From the human T2T-CHM13v2.0 reference genome, Homo sapiens: 64,000 nucleotides of DNA. Every line of letters begins with the position of its first letter. Position 1 is the first letter of the stretch. The stretch lies in the NCBI RefSeq assembly GCF_009914755.1, contig NC_060932.1. One strand, given 5' to 3'. A model generated the notes under the pieces. That model ran no database searches and was not told where the DNA came from. It saw only the letters and a program-made list of their open reading frames with translations. Both the position numbers and the translations under genes were made by a program. Below are positions 29,291 through 45,015 of the stretch, piece after piece.

Positions 29291-29577
29291 CTAAAAAATA
29301 CAATTATTTTTAAAAATTATTATGCAGTGAGTGAGATTATATTTCTGGAAAATAACTCATTCTAAAATTAACCTGTAAAAGTAAAGACGCCTTAGGAAAA
29401 AAATGTTTAATCAAGAAAAACATGATTGGAATATAGTTGTAATCAGCAAGAAGAAACTCTCAAGAAATACTCTGTTAAATGTTGTTAATAGATTAAAAAG
29501 TGGTCAGCATGGCACCTAGAGAAAAGAAGAATTTGTTACTTTTTTCTGATATTCTGAGGAGCAGACTTTTTGCCTTT

Positions 29578-30300
29578 CCATTCATTCAAAAAACATTTAT
29601 CTTATGCTTATTCTGTAAAAAGGTACTGTTGCAGAACTATTAACAAATCAAACCAAATCCCTGCCCTGATGGAACTTGCATTTTAGTGGAGGTAACACAA
29701 AATAAATACACCAATAAGTATATAATATCAGGTAGAGAAAAGTGCTTTGGAGACAAACAAAACAGGGTCAGGAGACAGCAAGTGATGTGGTGATATTGTT
29801 TTTGATGGGTTGGATTAGGAAGGATCTCTCTGAGGAGAGATGAGAATAAATTGAGAGCACAGGTCAGGAGTCTACCTGGGCAGGCAGAGGGCATTTGACA
29901 AAGGTAAATGTGAAGGCTTCAAGGCAGGCATGTGCCTGTGTGAGGAACAGCAAGGAGGTACATGCTGGAACAGAATGAGTAAGGGAGAACGTCGAGAGAT
30001 GAAGACACAGGGCCAGAGGGCAGATCAGGGGAAGGGTTTTTTAGATCACGGTACAATTTTAAATTTTACTGTGTTATGAAACACTATTGGGTAATTTTAT
30101 GCAGATGACATAATCTGACTTCAGTTTAGAAAGAATCACACTGGTTGTTTAATGGCGAATAAAGAATTTGAGGTCAAGGGTAAGAGAGTAAGCCCAGGCT
30201 ATTGCAATAATCCAGGTGAGAAAAGGTGTTGATGTGGCCCATGGTATAAGTAGTGGAACTGGTTAGAGTGATTGGACTCAGAATATAGTTGAAAGTAAGA
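29578..30300 (-). mobile_element. L2a 3' region (reverse)
   Basis: cattcattcaaaaaacatttat...aaatccctgccctgatggaacttgcattttagtgg...gaggaacagcaaggagg...ggctattgcaataatccaggtgaga. Confidence 0.85.
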
Positions 30301-30329
30301 GTTAAAATGATAAGAAAAACACTACATAG

Positions 30330-30575
30330 TTATAGCTATAACTTTTCCACAGGAGAAGGAAAGTGGCATCTGCATAATCTATAATGTATGTTTCTCTTGA
30401 TACTTAAAAAGCATGTTAACTTAGTAAAGGATCTGAGAAGTCCTGTAATGAAAGCACTTTAAATTATTTAACCTAAAATTTATCAAGTCAGTTTCACTTT
30501 GGAAATCCTTTTCTTCATGTAATAGTGGTTAATAGACACCAGAACTCACATTCTACATATACTTCAGAAAATGTG
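30330..30575. mobile_element. hAT-Charlie fragment (Charlie4-like)
   Basis: aaaggatctgagaagtcctgtaatgaaagcac...tttaacc resembles Charlie-family internal sequence. Confidence 0.4.
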
Positions 30576-30899
30576 TCATTAAAATAATACAAATTATTAC
30601 CATTTTTTTAAATTCAAGATCATCATGTACATTCCTGGATAAAAGTTGGTTTCTCATTTAGATTTCAGACAGGGAGAAAATGTGATTATGCAAGGAATGA
30701 AAACCCACTTTTTTCAGTAATTTATTATTGAAAAATAATTAATTGTGATTCTAGTTCACATTTATTATTCTAGTAACATTTATTCTATTTTTTATTCATT
30801 TAGTTAGCATGAGTTATTCTCCAGGAATTTGATCATTTCTAGGTACATTCAGACAAAACTGAATTCTATGTATATCAAGGGCCAGATTTTGATGACCGA

Positions 30900-31411
30900 A
30901 AGTATTAAGAGTGATACTTTGGCAAGAATCAGGAAATAAGTCTCAGCTGAAAATAATCAAAGTTTTACAGATTCATATACCTCAAAACTGAAGAATTAGG
31001 TCTCATTTTAGTCAGAGCTTCATGTGGCTTCCCCACAAACTTGACCAGAACTTATTTTTTCTTTCTACGTGTTTAATTCTGCTCCCAGGAGTTGATAACA
31101 TTCTCATCAGCCTTCCCCTATAGTGATCTGAAAATGGCTACAGGGGATCTTGGGAGAACTTGCTCCCTCATTGTAACCCAAAGGGAAGAGAAAACATTTC
31201 CACAGAAGACTTGGATTTCTATCTCATTGAAACAGCTTAGGTCGTATGAACATCTATGAACCAGGAATGTAGAAATGCCAAAGTTATTTAGTCCTGAGGT
31301 ACATAGATTTCATAGGGAAGATGGGTATTTAAATTAAAAGTTGGATGCTATTACAAAGGAAAAAGAGATGAATAAATTTGATGTGGCTCAAAACAGCAAA
31401 ATTCTACTATA
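30900..31411 (-). mobile_element. Old MLT1 (J/K-like) LTR
   Basis: aaaatggct...tctcattgaaacagcttaggtcgtatg...ctatgaacca...gatgctattacaaaggaaaaagag...ctactata. Confidence 0.55.
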
Positions 31412-31894
31412 CCTAGTTCCTATTTACCTACCACAATAAGCAGATAGTGTTGGTTTAAGTTTTGACTATTAAAATCTCATCCTAAGGGTTTTATTTATAA
31501 TCCATTCTTTGTTTTCTTACAAAAAAATTTCTAAATTTTGTGTTTTTAAAAATTTTAGTATGTTATTCTGTTTTTTATTACCAATTTGTGCTTTCTGAAA
31601 ACTAGTTTGATTTGTGGTGAAGACCCTGGCAAATTCTCTAGCTGTAATTGTCTAATTTATAGACAATGAAATGATTTATTATGCTTTCACAAAACTCTTT
31701 ATGATGCAAAACAGTCTTAAAATTAAATACAATTTTTGTATATTAAGACAATCCATGTTCATGTTCTCCAATATTTCTGATTATCTTTGGTCAGTTGTCT
31801 TTGCTGTAATTTAACATATATTAGGCACATGATATAAAAATATGTTTATAATAAGGGACCTATAATTATCTTTTTATCTGTCAGTGTCATGAAT

Positions 31895-32339
31895 TGCCAT
31901 GGTTTGCCATGGTTACCACGGGACTGTATGAAGGAGGACGAATGCAGAAATGAAAACTTAAAACAAAAGTAACTGTTTTAAAGGAAAGGTAACATGGGGA
32001 AGAAGAAGAGGGCTCCCTGCTTCTAGTGAGCAAGGGCAGCCCTGAGTTTCCACAGCCCTTCATAGTTATTGGGTAGAAAGAGCAGGGAGGAGGAGGTAAT
32101 GATTGGTCAGCTGCTTGATTGATCACAGGTTCACATTATTGCTAACAGGCTTCAGATGTGCCTAATTAGCAGAAACACTGCAGTTGGGGCGTGACTGCCC
32201 TCAGCATTCCTTCTGGGCGGCAGACACAGTTGTCAGCTTGCTAACATCCTGCATTTATGAGAACAGTTTGCTGTTTACTCATATAGCCTCCAGTGGTATA
32301 CTGAGTTGATCACAACCCTTACTCTTTCGGCCTGCAACA
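31895..32339 (-). mobile_element. Solo LTR of class II ERV, LTR3-type (HERV-K HML-6)
   Basis: Minus strand begins TGTTGCAGGCCGAAAGAGTAAGGGTTGTGATCAACTCAGTATACCACTGGAGGCTATATGAG and ends ...CCATGGCA. Length 445 bp. Perfect 6-bp TSD atgaat at 31889-31894 and 32340-32345. Confidence 0.85.
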
Positions 32340-32724
32340 ATGAATGGCAAATGGTATGGAAAAAGTATTATAATCTGTGAGACTGAAATAACAGTGATTC
32401 CTTAGCATTATTTACTTTCTAATAGGGCTTAAGAAACTATGCAAATCATTAGTTTCATTCCTAGTTGGTTAAAAGTTACAAGTCAGACAAGAATCAAGCA
32501 AGTTTGAAAAAGACTATCTTTTATTGTTGTGTAATGACTCAACTGTAATCTTTTCATAGACTTGCAAATCACTGAGCCATGAAATCACTGAGAATGGTAG
32601 ACCAATTCTTGATCATTACGTATTTTCCTGATGCCTACTGCTTCCATACATGCTATTTCATCAGCATAGGTTATAGCTGTGTCTATACCCAGGAGAAACA
32701 TATGCAAATTTAACAAGAACTATA

Positions 32725-33047
32725 CAATAGTTTTTTCTTATCTGCAGGGGATATGTTTCAAGACCACCAGTGGATGCCTGAAACATCAGGTAGTGTGAAC
32801 CGTATACACATTATGTCTTTCCTATACATACATATCTATGATAAAGTTTAATTTCTAAATTAGGCACAGTAAGAGACTAACAACAATAACTAATAATAAA
32901 ATAGAACATTCCTAACCATATACTATAATAAAAGTTATGTGAATGTGTTCTCTCTTTCTCTCAAAAGATCTTACTGTTTTTGGACTGCAGTCTCAAAATA
33001 TCTTAATGTTTTCGGACTGCGAAATTATGGCTAAAGTGGGACTATTA
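32725..33047. mobile_element. MER44A (Tigger7-derived MITE)
   Basis: cttatctgcaggggatatgtttcaagaccaccagtggatgcctgaaac...aaattaggcacagtaagaga...gggactatta with TA flanks. Confidence 0.85.
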
Positions 33048-33240
33048 TAATTATGTGTGGTATTCAAGGCAGTCCGCAGACCAGGGGTGGGCTCAAGGAT
33101 GAATGCTACATGGTTTCTGCTCTTACGAAGCATATAGCGTGCTTCAAGGCTCAGGCACATGGACATCATTTTCCTTTTATTGTAATTAGCAAACTAAGGA
33201 TAAAGTAGTGAGAATTCAGTAGAAGGATAAGAGGAGTATC

Positions 33241-36035
<2,795 letters not shown>

Positions 36036-37965
36036 TAATACCAGAGGTCAGGACACCTCATATATTACAACAACCAAATACAGTATCACTTGAGCTAAAT
36101 CTCTTGACCTCTCTAGCTGGTATTCCTGCAAAAGAATAATTTTCTTTTTTGTCTATACATTCCCATTCCCATCTTTACATTTAGTGGTAGGTCCCCAACC
36201 CCAATACACACAAGGAATGGTTCTCAAGCAACGCTTGTTATGAAATGAATACAGTTATAAAACATGGCGTGTACACTGGGTGGCCCCTAAATGCTTTTCC
36301 AGAGCTAGTGTTCAACGATTCTAAGAGAATTTGGCATGCCCTTGTGTTCCTGTGTTATCTCTGAGTCTCTTGCTTTCTTACATAGACAGGGTGTTTGTAA
36401 GGAGAGCAGGCCCAGAAGCAAGGAGCAGAATGATAATTCATGATTAACAGGAACGCCACCTGCCTAAAGATGTCCTTCCTGAGAAAGGTCAGCTCTTGCT
36501 ATGAGTAAGTATACTTCTCTGGCAGGGTGAAAATACTAGACTACTTTCTCTCTTTCCTCCCTATATTTTTCTTTTGTACTGTTGCCTCTGCAAATGTTGA
36601 TTTCTTGTGAAAACATGAAAGGTCAGAAGTGAGCGTGTTAAGGAGAGGTGGATGCATTTCTTTTTCATTTGTATTTATATAGCTAAGGAAGATTGAGCTA
36701 GAATAGAAGTTGATCCATGTTATTGAACTGTGGGGCTGACACTTTGAGCACTGAAGCTGCTGTCTTCTTGGATAAGACTATTACAAGAGAGGGAAGAGAT
36801 AGCAAATGTTTTTCAGAATAATGATTTAGAGGCAGTAGAAGAAAATGAGTGAACATTAGGAGGTCCAGTGATACATTAACTGGTCAGTCACACTTAGGCG
36901 AACAAAATTCAGCTCCCTAAAAGCTCCTGCCTATAGAGGTAAATAGAAAGAGGAGATAAAATGAGAGTTATACACAGGAGGCAGCCCAGCAAGAACTGTT
37001 TCAGCCATAGAAAACATTCGGGTTCAGTTCCAACAAGACAAAGGCAGCTACACATTTGAACAGGCACGTTAGTAAAAATATATAAAGGAAAATATACTGA
37101 ACTCATATGAAGCCATTTCTCCATGGGGTTAAGGATTAGTGGCTAGGCTGATGCACAGATTTATAGATGTTAGAGTAGCTGAGGTGATGATAGCTCTTTT
37201 ATGATGTTTACCAATCTTTATTGTTTACCTTTTGAAGAAATATTTAGCTTGCTTTATTACTGTTTATTTTGGCTACTTAAGTAAAGACAACAGTGGCTGC
37301 TAAGAACTCACTGACATATACACACATCAAGGCTGTGTTGATGACTTCTTTTATTTACTCCAGGAAGCCCCTACCCACACTCATCAGTTGAGGTATGTTG
37401 GTACAAAGTAAATTAATTTACAACAGTAGTCGCTAATTTTTTTTATTTCTCAGAGCACAAGAATATAAACTGCACATACTTATACATACAGACATACGTA
37501 TAGTTGTCCACTTTTAATTTCACTATGATTTTAAAATAAGCAAGCAGTGTTATTAGTTTTATAATTTTTATAGAACATTTTAATACAAAAGATGAAGGAT
37601 ATACTCAGAATAAATGGCAGCTATCTATTGAACAAATTTAATTATGAAAAATTCATTAAATTGACCTCATTTTCTCATGCCACACACATTTGAAAAATTA
37701 ATTATGGATTGGCATCAATCCTTGGTTGGCATTTGTGATATTATGACCTGTGGCACAGATACTTGGCCCAGGGTAAATTTACCCTCTCTCTTCTCTTTCT
37801 GTTTCACTTTTTTATTTTATTCTGTCTGCTCCTCTTCTTCCATTTTTCCTCCTTTGTGTCTCCCATGACTTGGGATACAAGAGACACAATTCATATGTTC
37901 TCACATCAAGGTTGCTGACAGCTGTATTAGAAGCTTTTCCTGAGTTGTTAAAATATGTGCTATCT

Positions 37966-37988
37966 AGACAAGATCAGGTGAGTTCAGG
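37966..37988 (-). pseudogene. 23-nt 5S rRNA-derived fragment (antisense) at an L1 5' junction
   Basis: agacaagatcaggtgagttcagg vs the reverse complement of 5S rRNA nt ~18-40, AGACGAGATCGGGCGCGTTCAGG: 19/23, with all four differences at CpG positions. Confidence 0.55.
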
Positions 37989-38292
37989 TATTTTCAGCGA
38001 AATAACTCAGAAACAAAGTCAAATGCCATGTGTTCTCACTTACAAGTGGGAGCTAAATAATGTGTATACATGGACACAGAGTGTGGAAAAATAGACATTG
38101 GAGACTCTGAAGAATGGGATGGTGGCAGGGGTGAGGGATGAGAAATTACCTAATGGGTGCAATATACATTATTCAGGTGATGCTTACACTAAAACTCAAA
38201 CTTCACTGCTACACCATATATCCATGGGACAAAACAACACTTGTGCCCCCTAAATATATACAAAGAAAAAATAAACCTAAAAAGTAAATTAG
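37989..38292 (+). mobile_element. 5'-truncated L1 (L1PB/L1MA1-like) 3' end
   Basis: gaaataactcagaaac...tgttctcacttacaagtgggagctaaa...gagaaattacctaatggg...A-rich tail. TSD aaaatatgtgctatcta (37950-37966) / aaaatatgtcctatcta (38293-38309). Confidence 0.9.
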
Positions 38293-38829
38293 AAAATATG
38301 TCCTATCTATGTTGCTATTCAGTTAAACAATGAGACAAGCTTTCAGTCCTAGGCTAGGAATGACTAAGTGAAAACTCATTTGGGGTAGAGGGTGAGAAAT
38401 GCTCAGTGCTGAGATAGGACTGAAGAGCTAAGTGTAAAGCTGGGGTGAGGGCATGGGACGTTTTGGAAAGTCAGCTATCTAGAAAACAGAACTGACACCA
38501 AAGTCCAGGCAAGACAGTATTAAAGGCAGACAAGAATCATAGAGCAGGTGTGGACACTAGGGCTGCAGTGAAAACAACTGGGAGTAACATACAAGAATAG
38601 GGATTGTTTGTGATTTGTACCTGCTATTTTTGAATTCTCAAGGTTTCCGACACTGTCTTCAAAATCACATTAAAAGGAAATGAGCCCCAAAACATTGGCT
38701 ATATTTTTATTTTAATTGAGTTTAGTAACCTTTTATAATTTACAAAAATTCTGAGCAGCCTGAGAGTCTTCTTAAGTTAATTCTCTTCAAACGGTGATTA
38801 TTTTCCACTGCCTTTGGAATGTTCCATTT

Positions 38830-40619
<1,790 letters not shown>

Positions 40620-41012
40620 AAATAAATGTACTTTCTACTATTTACCCTTTGCTCCAGAAAAAGATAGACATGCTGTTCGCAGATGCACATTGTACCTTTT
40701 GCATGTTAGGTTTGGGTCTTTTATTTTCTTATATCACTTGTATGTATTTCTTCCTGATTTTTTTTATGATTCTTTTCATTTCTTTCATTTTTTGGCAACC
40801 TAAACATACAGAGAACGCCTCAAGAAGCTTTGTGTATTTCCATTTCTTTAGTTGCCCCTCTCCCCACCTCATTATGATAATTAAGCTACTGAAGTTGTGT
40901 GGCCTAAAGAGATAAAGGGGGTAGTTAAGACCATGGCATTCCCATAGCCTTTCACATCCACAGCCCCACCCCCACCTCGATTTCTACCACAGCTATCTAA
41001 TATACTTGGATT

Positions 41013-41060
41013 ACACACACATGTGTGTGCACACACAAACACACACACACACACACATAC
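41013..41060. repeat. Imperfect (CA)n microsatellite
   Basis: acacacacatgtgtgtgcacacacaaacacacacacacacacacatac. Confidence 0.9.
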
Positions 41061-41269
41061 AGATAGACAACTTTTCTCTGGCAAAATTATTGTTCTTAAA
41101 GATATTTTAAAAAACTGAATACATGACTTAAATGAGTCCCCAAATTTTCAGTTTCCAGTTTTCTTTTGAACCAAATTCCAGAGCCCATCTATGATTCTTT
41201 TTTCAACTTGATGATTTCCAAGTTATGATCCCTGTCTAGGTTTAAGTTTTCCAAATAAAATTATAGATA

Positions 41270-42020
41270 ACAGAGCTGCAAAGATGCTTTTTGAATTCCT
41301 GTCCAGTATCGTCTTTTCACAGATGATAAAAATAGGTCCTAAGAAGGACTGATTTGTTCACATTCACACACTTAGTAGGAAATTCAAAAGATCAAAAATC
41401 AGGTATTGGTTTCAAGAAAAATGCACATTCTGTACTCTATTTTGCCAAATTAATCAGTATTTTCTTTTACCTAAAATTTTAGTATGAAATATACATTCCT
41501 CAGTCCATTGAGAAGCAGAACTTACCTCAAGTTCAATCAAGGATTTACCAATATGCTGCTTTTTACAGGTTAAGGTTCCTAGCAGCTATTTTAATAGCAG
41601 AAGATTTCTATTTGTGTTTGGTCTAGCCGAGATGCTGGTTTTAAAGTCTGTATTACAGTGATATAGTGGTAAAGAGATAATAAGAAAGCAATGGAAAACA
41701 AAGTCTGTGAAGGTGAATTGTATAGGAGATGTGTGAGAAAAAATTAGTTACCTATCAAGCCCAGAAGAATCAAAATGATGTAGAATGGTCAGTAGGGTTC
41801 AAAAGAAAGATCATGGACTTTAGAAACATCCATGTGACTTAACTTCCTTCTCTGTCATCTACAGTGTGTGACCTTGGACAAGCTACTTAATATTTCTCAG
41901 CTTTGGTTTCTCATCAAACATTAAAATGGCAACAACGATAGCTGTATAGATTAAATTAGATAAATTATGTAAGGGACGCCACTTCAGAGTACTCTTTTAA
42001 TAAATGGTGGGTATTGGTAA
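41270..42020. mobile_element. Two MIR fragments (about 41270-41440 and 41790-42020)
   Basis: ttttcacagatgataaaaataggtc; tgtgtgaccttggacaagctacttaatatttctcagctttggtttctcatc. Confidence 0.65.
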
Positions 42021-43667
42021 TTGAGTAACACAACTAGACTAATAATATAACATTAGCAGAGAATATATTCCATTATTAATATGACTTCTAATGTCAGACA
42101 CACAGACCGAATAATCTTACCTGGCTTTGCTATAAAAGGTTGCATCAGTTGTATCTTTATGATGAAACTCTAATGGCCCTGAGACTTCCCATACCGGTAT
42201 ATCTGCCTCTGCCAGTCTTAATGAGGAGATGCCTAGCACATAACATAGACCACATTTTTGTTTTCCTATCTTTAAGTTGAAATATATGTGGCATCTATCA
42301 TTTAATATTCCTCGCTTGCAACCTTGTAAGGCTCTTCTGAGGATGCATGACTGTGTTTTATTTTATTTGTTTAGTTTAGGCAGAAGGAACAAAGCAGACA
42401 AGTCTACCCATGCCATCAGTTTTCTGAGCCAAAATCAAATGCCTCAGCAAGATTAATGTGATTTATATGCAGATTCCTGAAAGGAAGAGGGAAATGCTGA
42501 CCTCCTGTTCCACTCACTGGAATCTCCCTGGACTCTGGAATAGGGAGTTTAAAATATTAATGCCTTGAATAATAAATTACAGTACATAGTAAATGAGGTA
42601 CGAGCACAACAATTTTAATTAGTTTTAGGCACATTTTAATGATTGTTTGGCCATTAACTTCAGTAAACATAAAAATGCACAGGAAAAGATGTATGAGCTC
42701 CTTATTACTTAGCTTTGTTTTAACTGAAGGCTTTGCAAAGATGTATATCATTTTAATTTTGGTTCCAGAGGCTTTTATGTAAATTAATTGCATTGGAGAA
42801 TTGGCAAGAACATTTTATTCAATTTGGAACAGCAGTGATTATAAGCTTCACATTAATATAACAACAATTTAACAATGGCTGATAGATGGGCCACAGCCAT
42901 GCAATTATCAAAAGTGAGCCACTCTCTTGATCTCTAATTAGGTCTATAAGCAAATAGAGTTTTGCCGGCACTAATTGCCATATTAAAGCTGGCAGTGAGG
43001 TAGTAAGTGCTCTCATGTTAAGGTAGTCAGCACAGGGTGCTGTTTATCCAAAGATTTTTCCATTTTCTGATTTAATCAGATACGTAATTCAATTATGTAT
43101 GTTGTTGAAATAGATATTTAAGTGAATTGGAAAGCATTCTCCCCCTTGATCTACACAACCATGCATCTTGTTAACTGCAGACATCAGTGTTTTAAGTCTA
43201 AAACATAAGTGGTAGGCTACACTTTTTTTTTTCTCACTGTCATTACTACCTGTTCAGATGTCTGTCCTGTCATACCTCTGACTCAGTACCTAGGATGTCT
43301 GGTGCTATGTGCCAGACAGATGTGTGCATGGAAGAAGATGTACAATGCCTTGATTTGTTGCTCCATTTTAGCAGGCATTAAAAAGCACTCAAAAGGGATT
43401 TGGAAGGCATTTGAGCACCAGGCTAGATATTGTGGGACCAATTTTAAAGAACCCAGAAAATCCCTTTATTCCTTTCAGTCTTTGTCTAAAATCTTGGTCC
43501 ATTGTGCAGCAAAGGCTATTTGTTTTATTTTCTACTTCAGCTTATTCCAATGTGTACATCAATAACATTAAAAAAAGAGATTTTCATTTAGGGATCTGTG
43601 TGAGTTTAAACTAAATCTGGAAAAGGCAATTTTCTAGGGAAGAGCCTAAAAGAAAAAGTCAACCCAG

Positions 43668-43846
43668 GGAGATTGCTAAGAAAGTAGATTTTAAGTGTTC
43701 TCACCACAGAAAAAATGATAAGTATGTGAGGGAATGCATATGTTAATTATCTCAATTTAGCCGTTTTATGGTGTATTACATACATAAAAACATCATGTTT
43801 TACACTATAAATATATACAACTTTTATTTGTCAATTTTTAAAAAAA
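43668..43846 (+). mobile_element. L1MA (MA6/7-like) extreme 3' end
   Basis: ttgctaagaaagtagattttaagtgttctcaccaca...gataagtatgtgag...aacatcatg...ttttatttgtcaatt plus A tail. Confidence 0.85.
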
Positions 43847-44648
43847 GACCCTATAATGGTAGTTTTCTAAAAGGAAACCAACTTTTTAAAAAAATATGAC
43901 TCTAATTGAAAAGAACAAATTATCCTACCCCCATCCAAAATAGCAATTGAGAGACATGAGTGTCTTTGGTAAATAACTTCATAGAATCCTATCGAGGAAT
44001 AATTCCAAATCTTTGATCAGGACTTTTATGTCCATGGTAGTGGTCATGAAGAGAAATAAGCCACAAAGACCCCATAGGGTAAAATTTGAAAGCAGAAGAT
44101 GAATATTTGTGCAAGAGTATGTGAACTATTCAAACCATTGTATAGAGAGACATCTTGAAACATATGAGACAGTTAGAAAGACATATATTCTTTTTACTTT
44201 TATTGGTTTGTGCTTTACTGTCACTGATAATTACTATTTATTACAGGAAATTGTGCATGTTTGTATTTGTGTGTATTTGCATTTGATTTAACTGTTAGTC
44301 ACAGGACAATTAAGAGTATGAATTTATGTGCCTATAACTCACACAGGGAGGGAGATCTCAAAGGAGGCTCAGACTCAGCATTTCTGGGTCACGCATAGAA
44401 TAGCTGTGCTACTTAAGAAGGCAAAGTCCTCCTCTGAGCTATTCTTGAGGCTTGAGGTAACAATGACCAGCTGTGACGAAGCTGACAAAAGCATTATGTC
44501 CTCCTGTTCACTACCTTGACTTACTGGCCCAGGCCTATGGAACCCACTGCTACCCTCCAGATAGTGGATAGAGTTCCCAGAAGACAGGTATCAATTTACA
44601 CAGTACAGATTAGAAGAATGAAATCATCCCAGAAAGAGAAAGGAACCC

Positions 44649-45015
44649 TGATATGGTTTGCCTCTGTGTACCCACCCAAATCTCATCTTGTAGCTCCCAT
44701 AATTCCCATGTGTTGTGGGAGGGACCCAGTGGGAGATAATGGAATCATGGGGAGCAGATCTTTCCCCTGCTGTTCTCATGATAGTGAATGAGTCTCATGA
44801 GATCTGATGGTTTTAAAAACGGGAATTTCCCTGTGCAAGCTCTCTCTCTTTGCCTGCTGCCATCCATGTAAGACGTGACTTGCTCCCCCTTGCCTTCTGC
44901 CATGATTGTAAGTTCCCCAGCCATGTGGAACTGTAAGTCCACTAAACCTCTTTCTTGTCTAAATTGCCTAGTCTTGGGTATGTCTTTTTCAGCAGTGTGA
45001 AAATGGAATAATACA
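44649..45015 (+). mobile_element. THE1 (THE1A/B-like) solo LTR
   Basis: TGATATGGTTTG...cccaaatctcatcttgtagctcccataattccc...aataca. Perfect 5-bp TSD aaccc at 44644-44648 and 45016-45020. Confidence 0.95.

Noticed and set aside
42996-43008. TGAGGTAGTAAGT, identical to the first 13 nt of miR-98 (let-7 family)
   Set aside because: The match ends after 13 nt and I see no complementary arm for a pre-miRNA hairpin. At most it is a let-7 seed site on a minus-strand transcript, for which there is no evidence.
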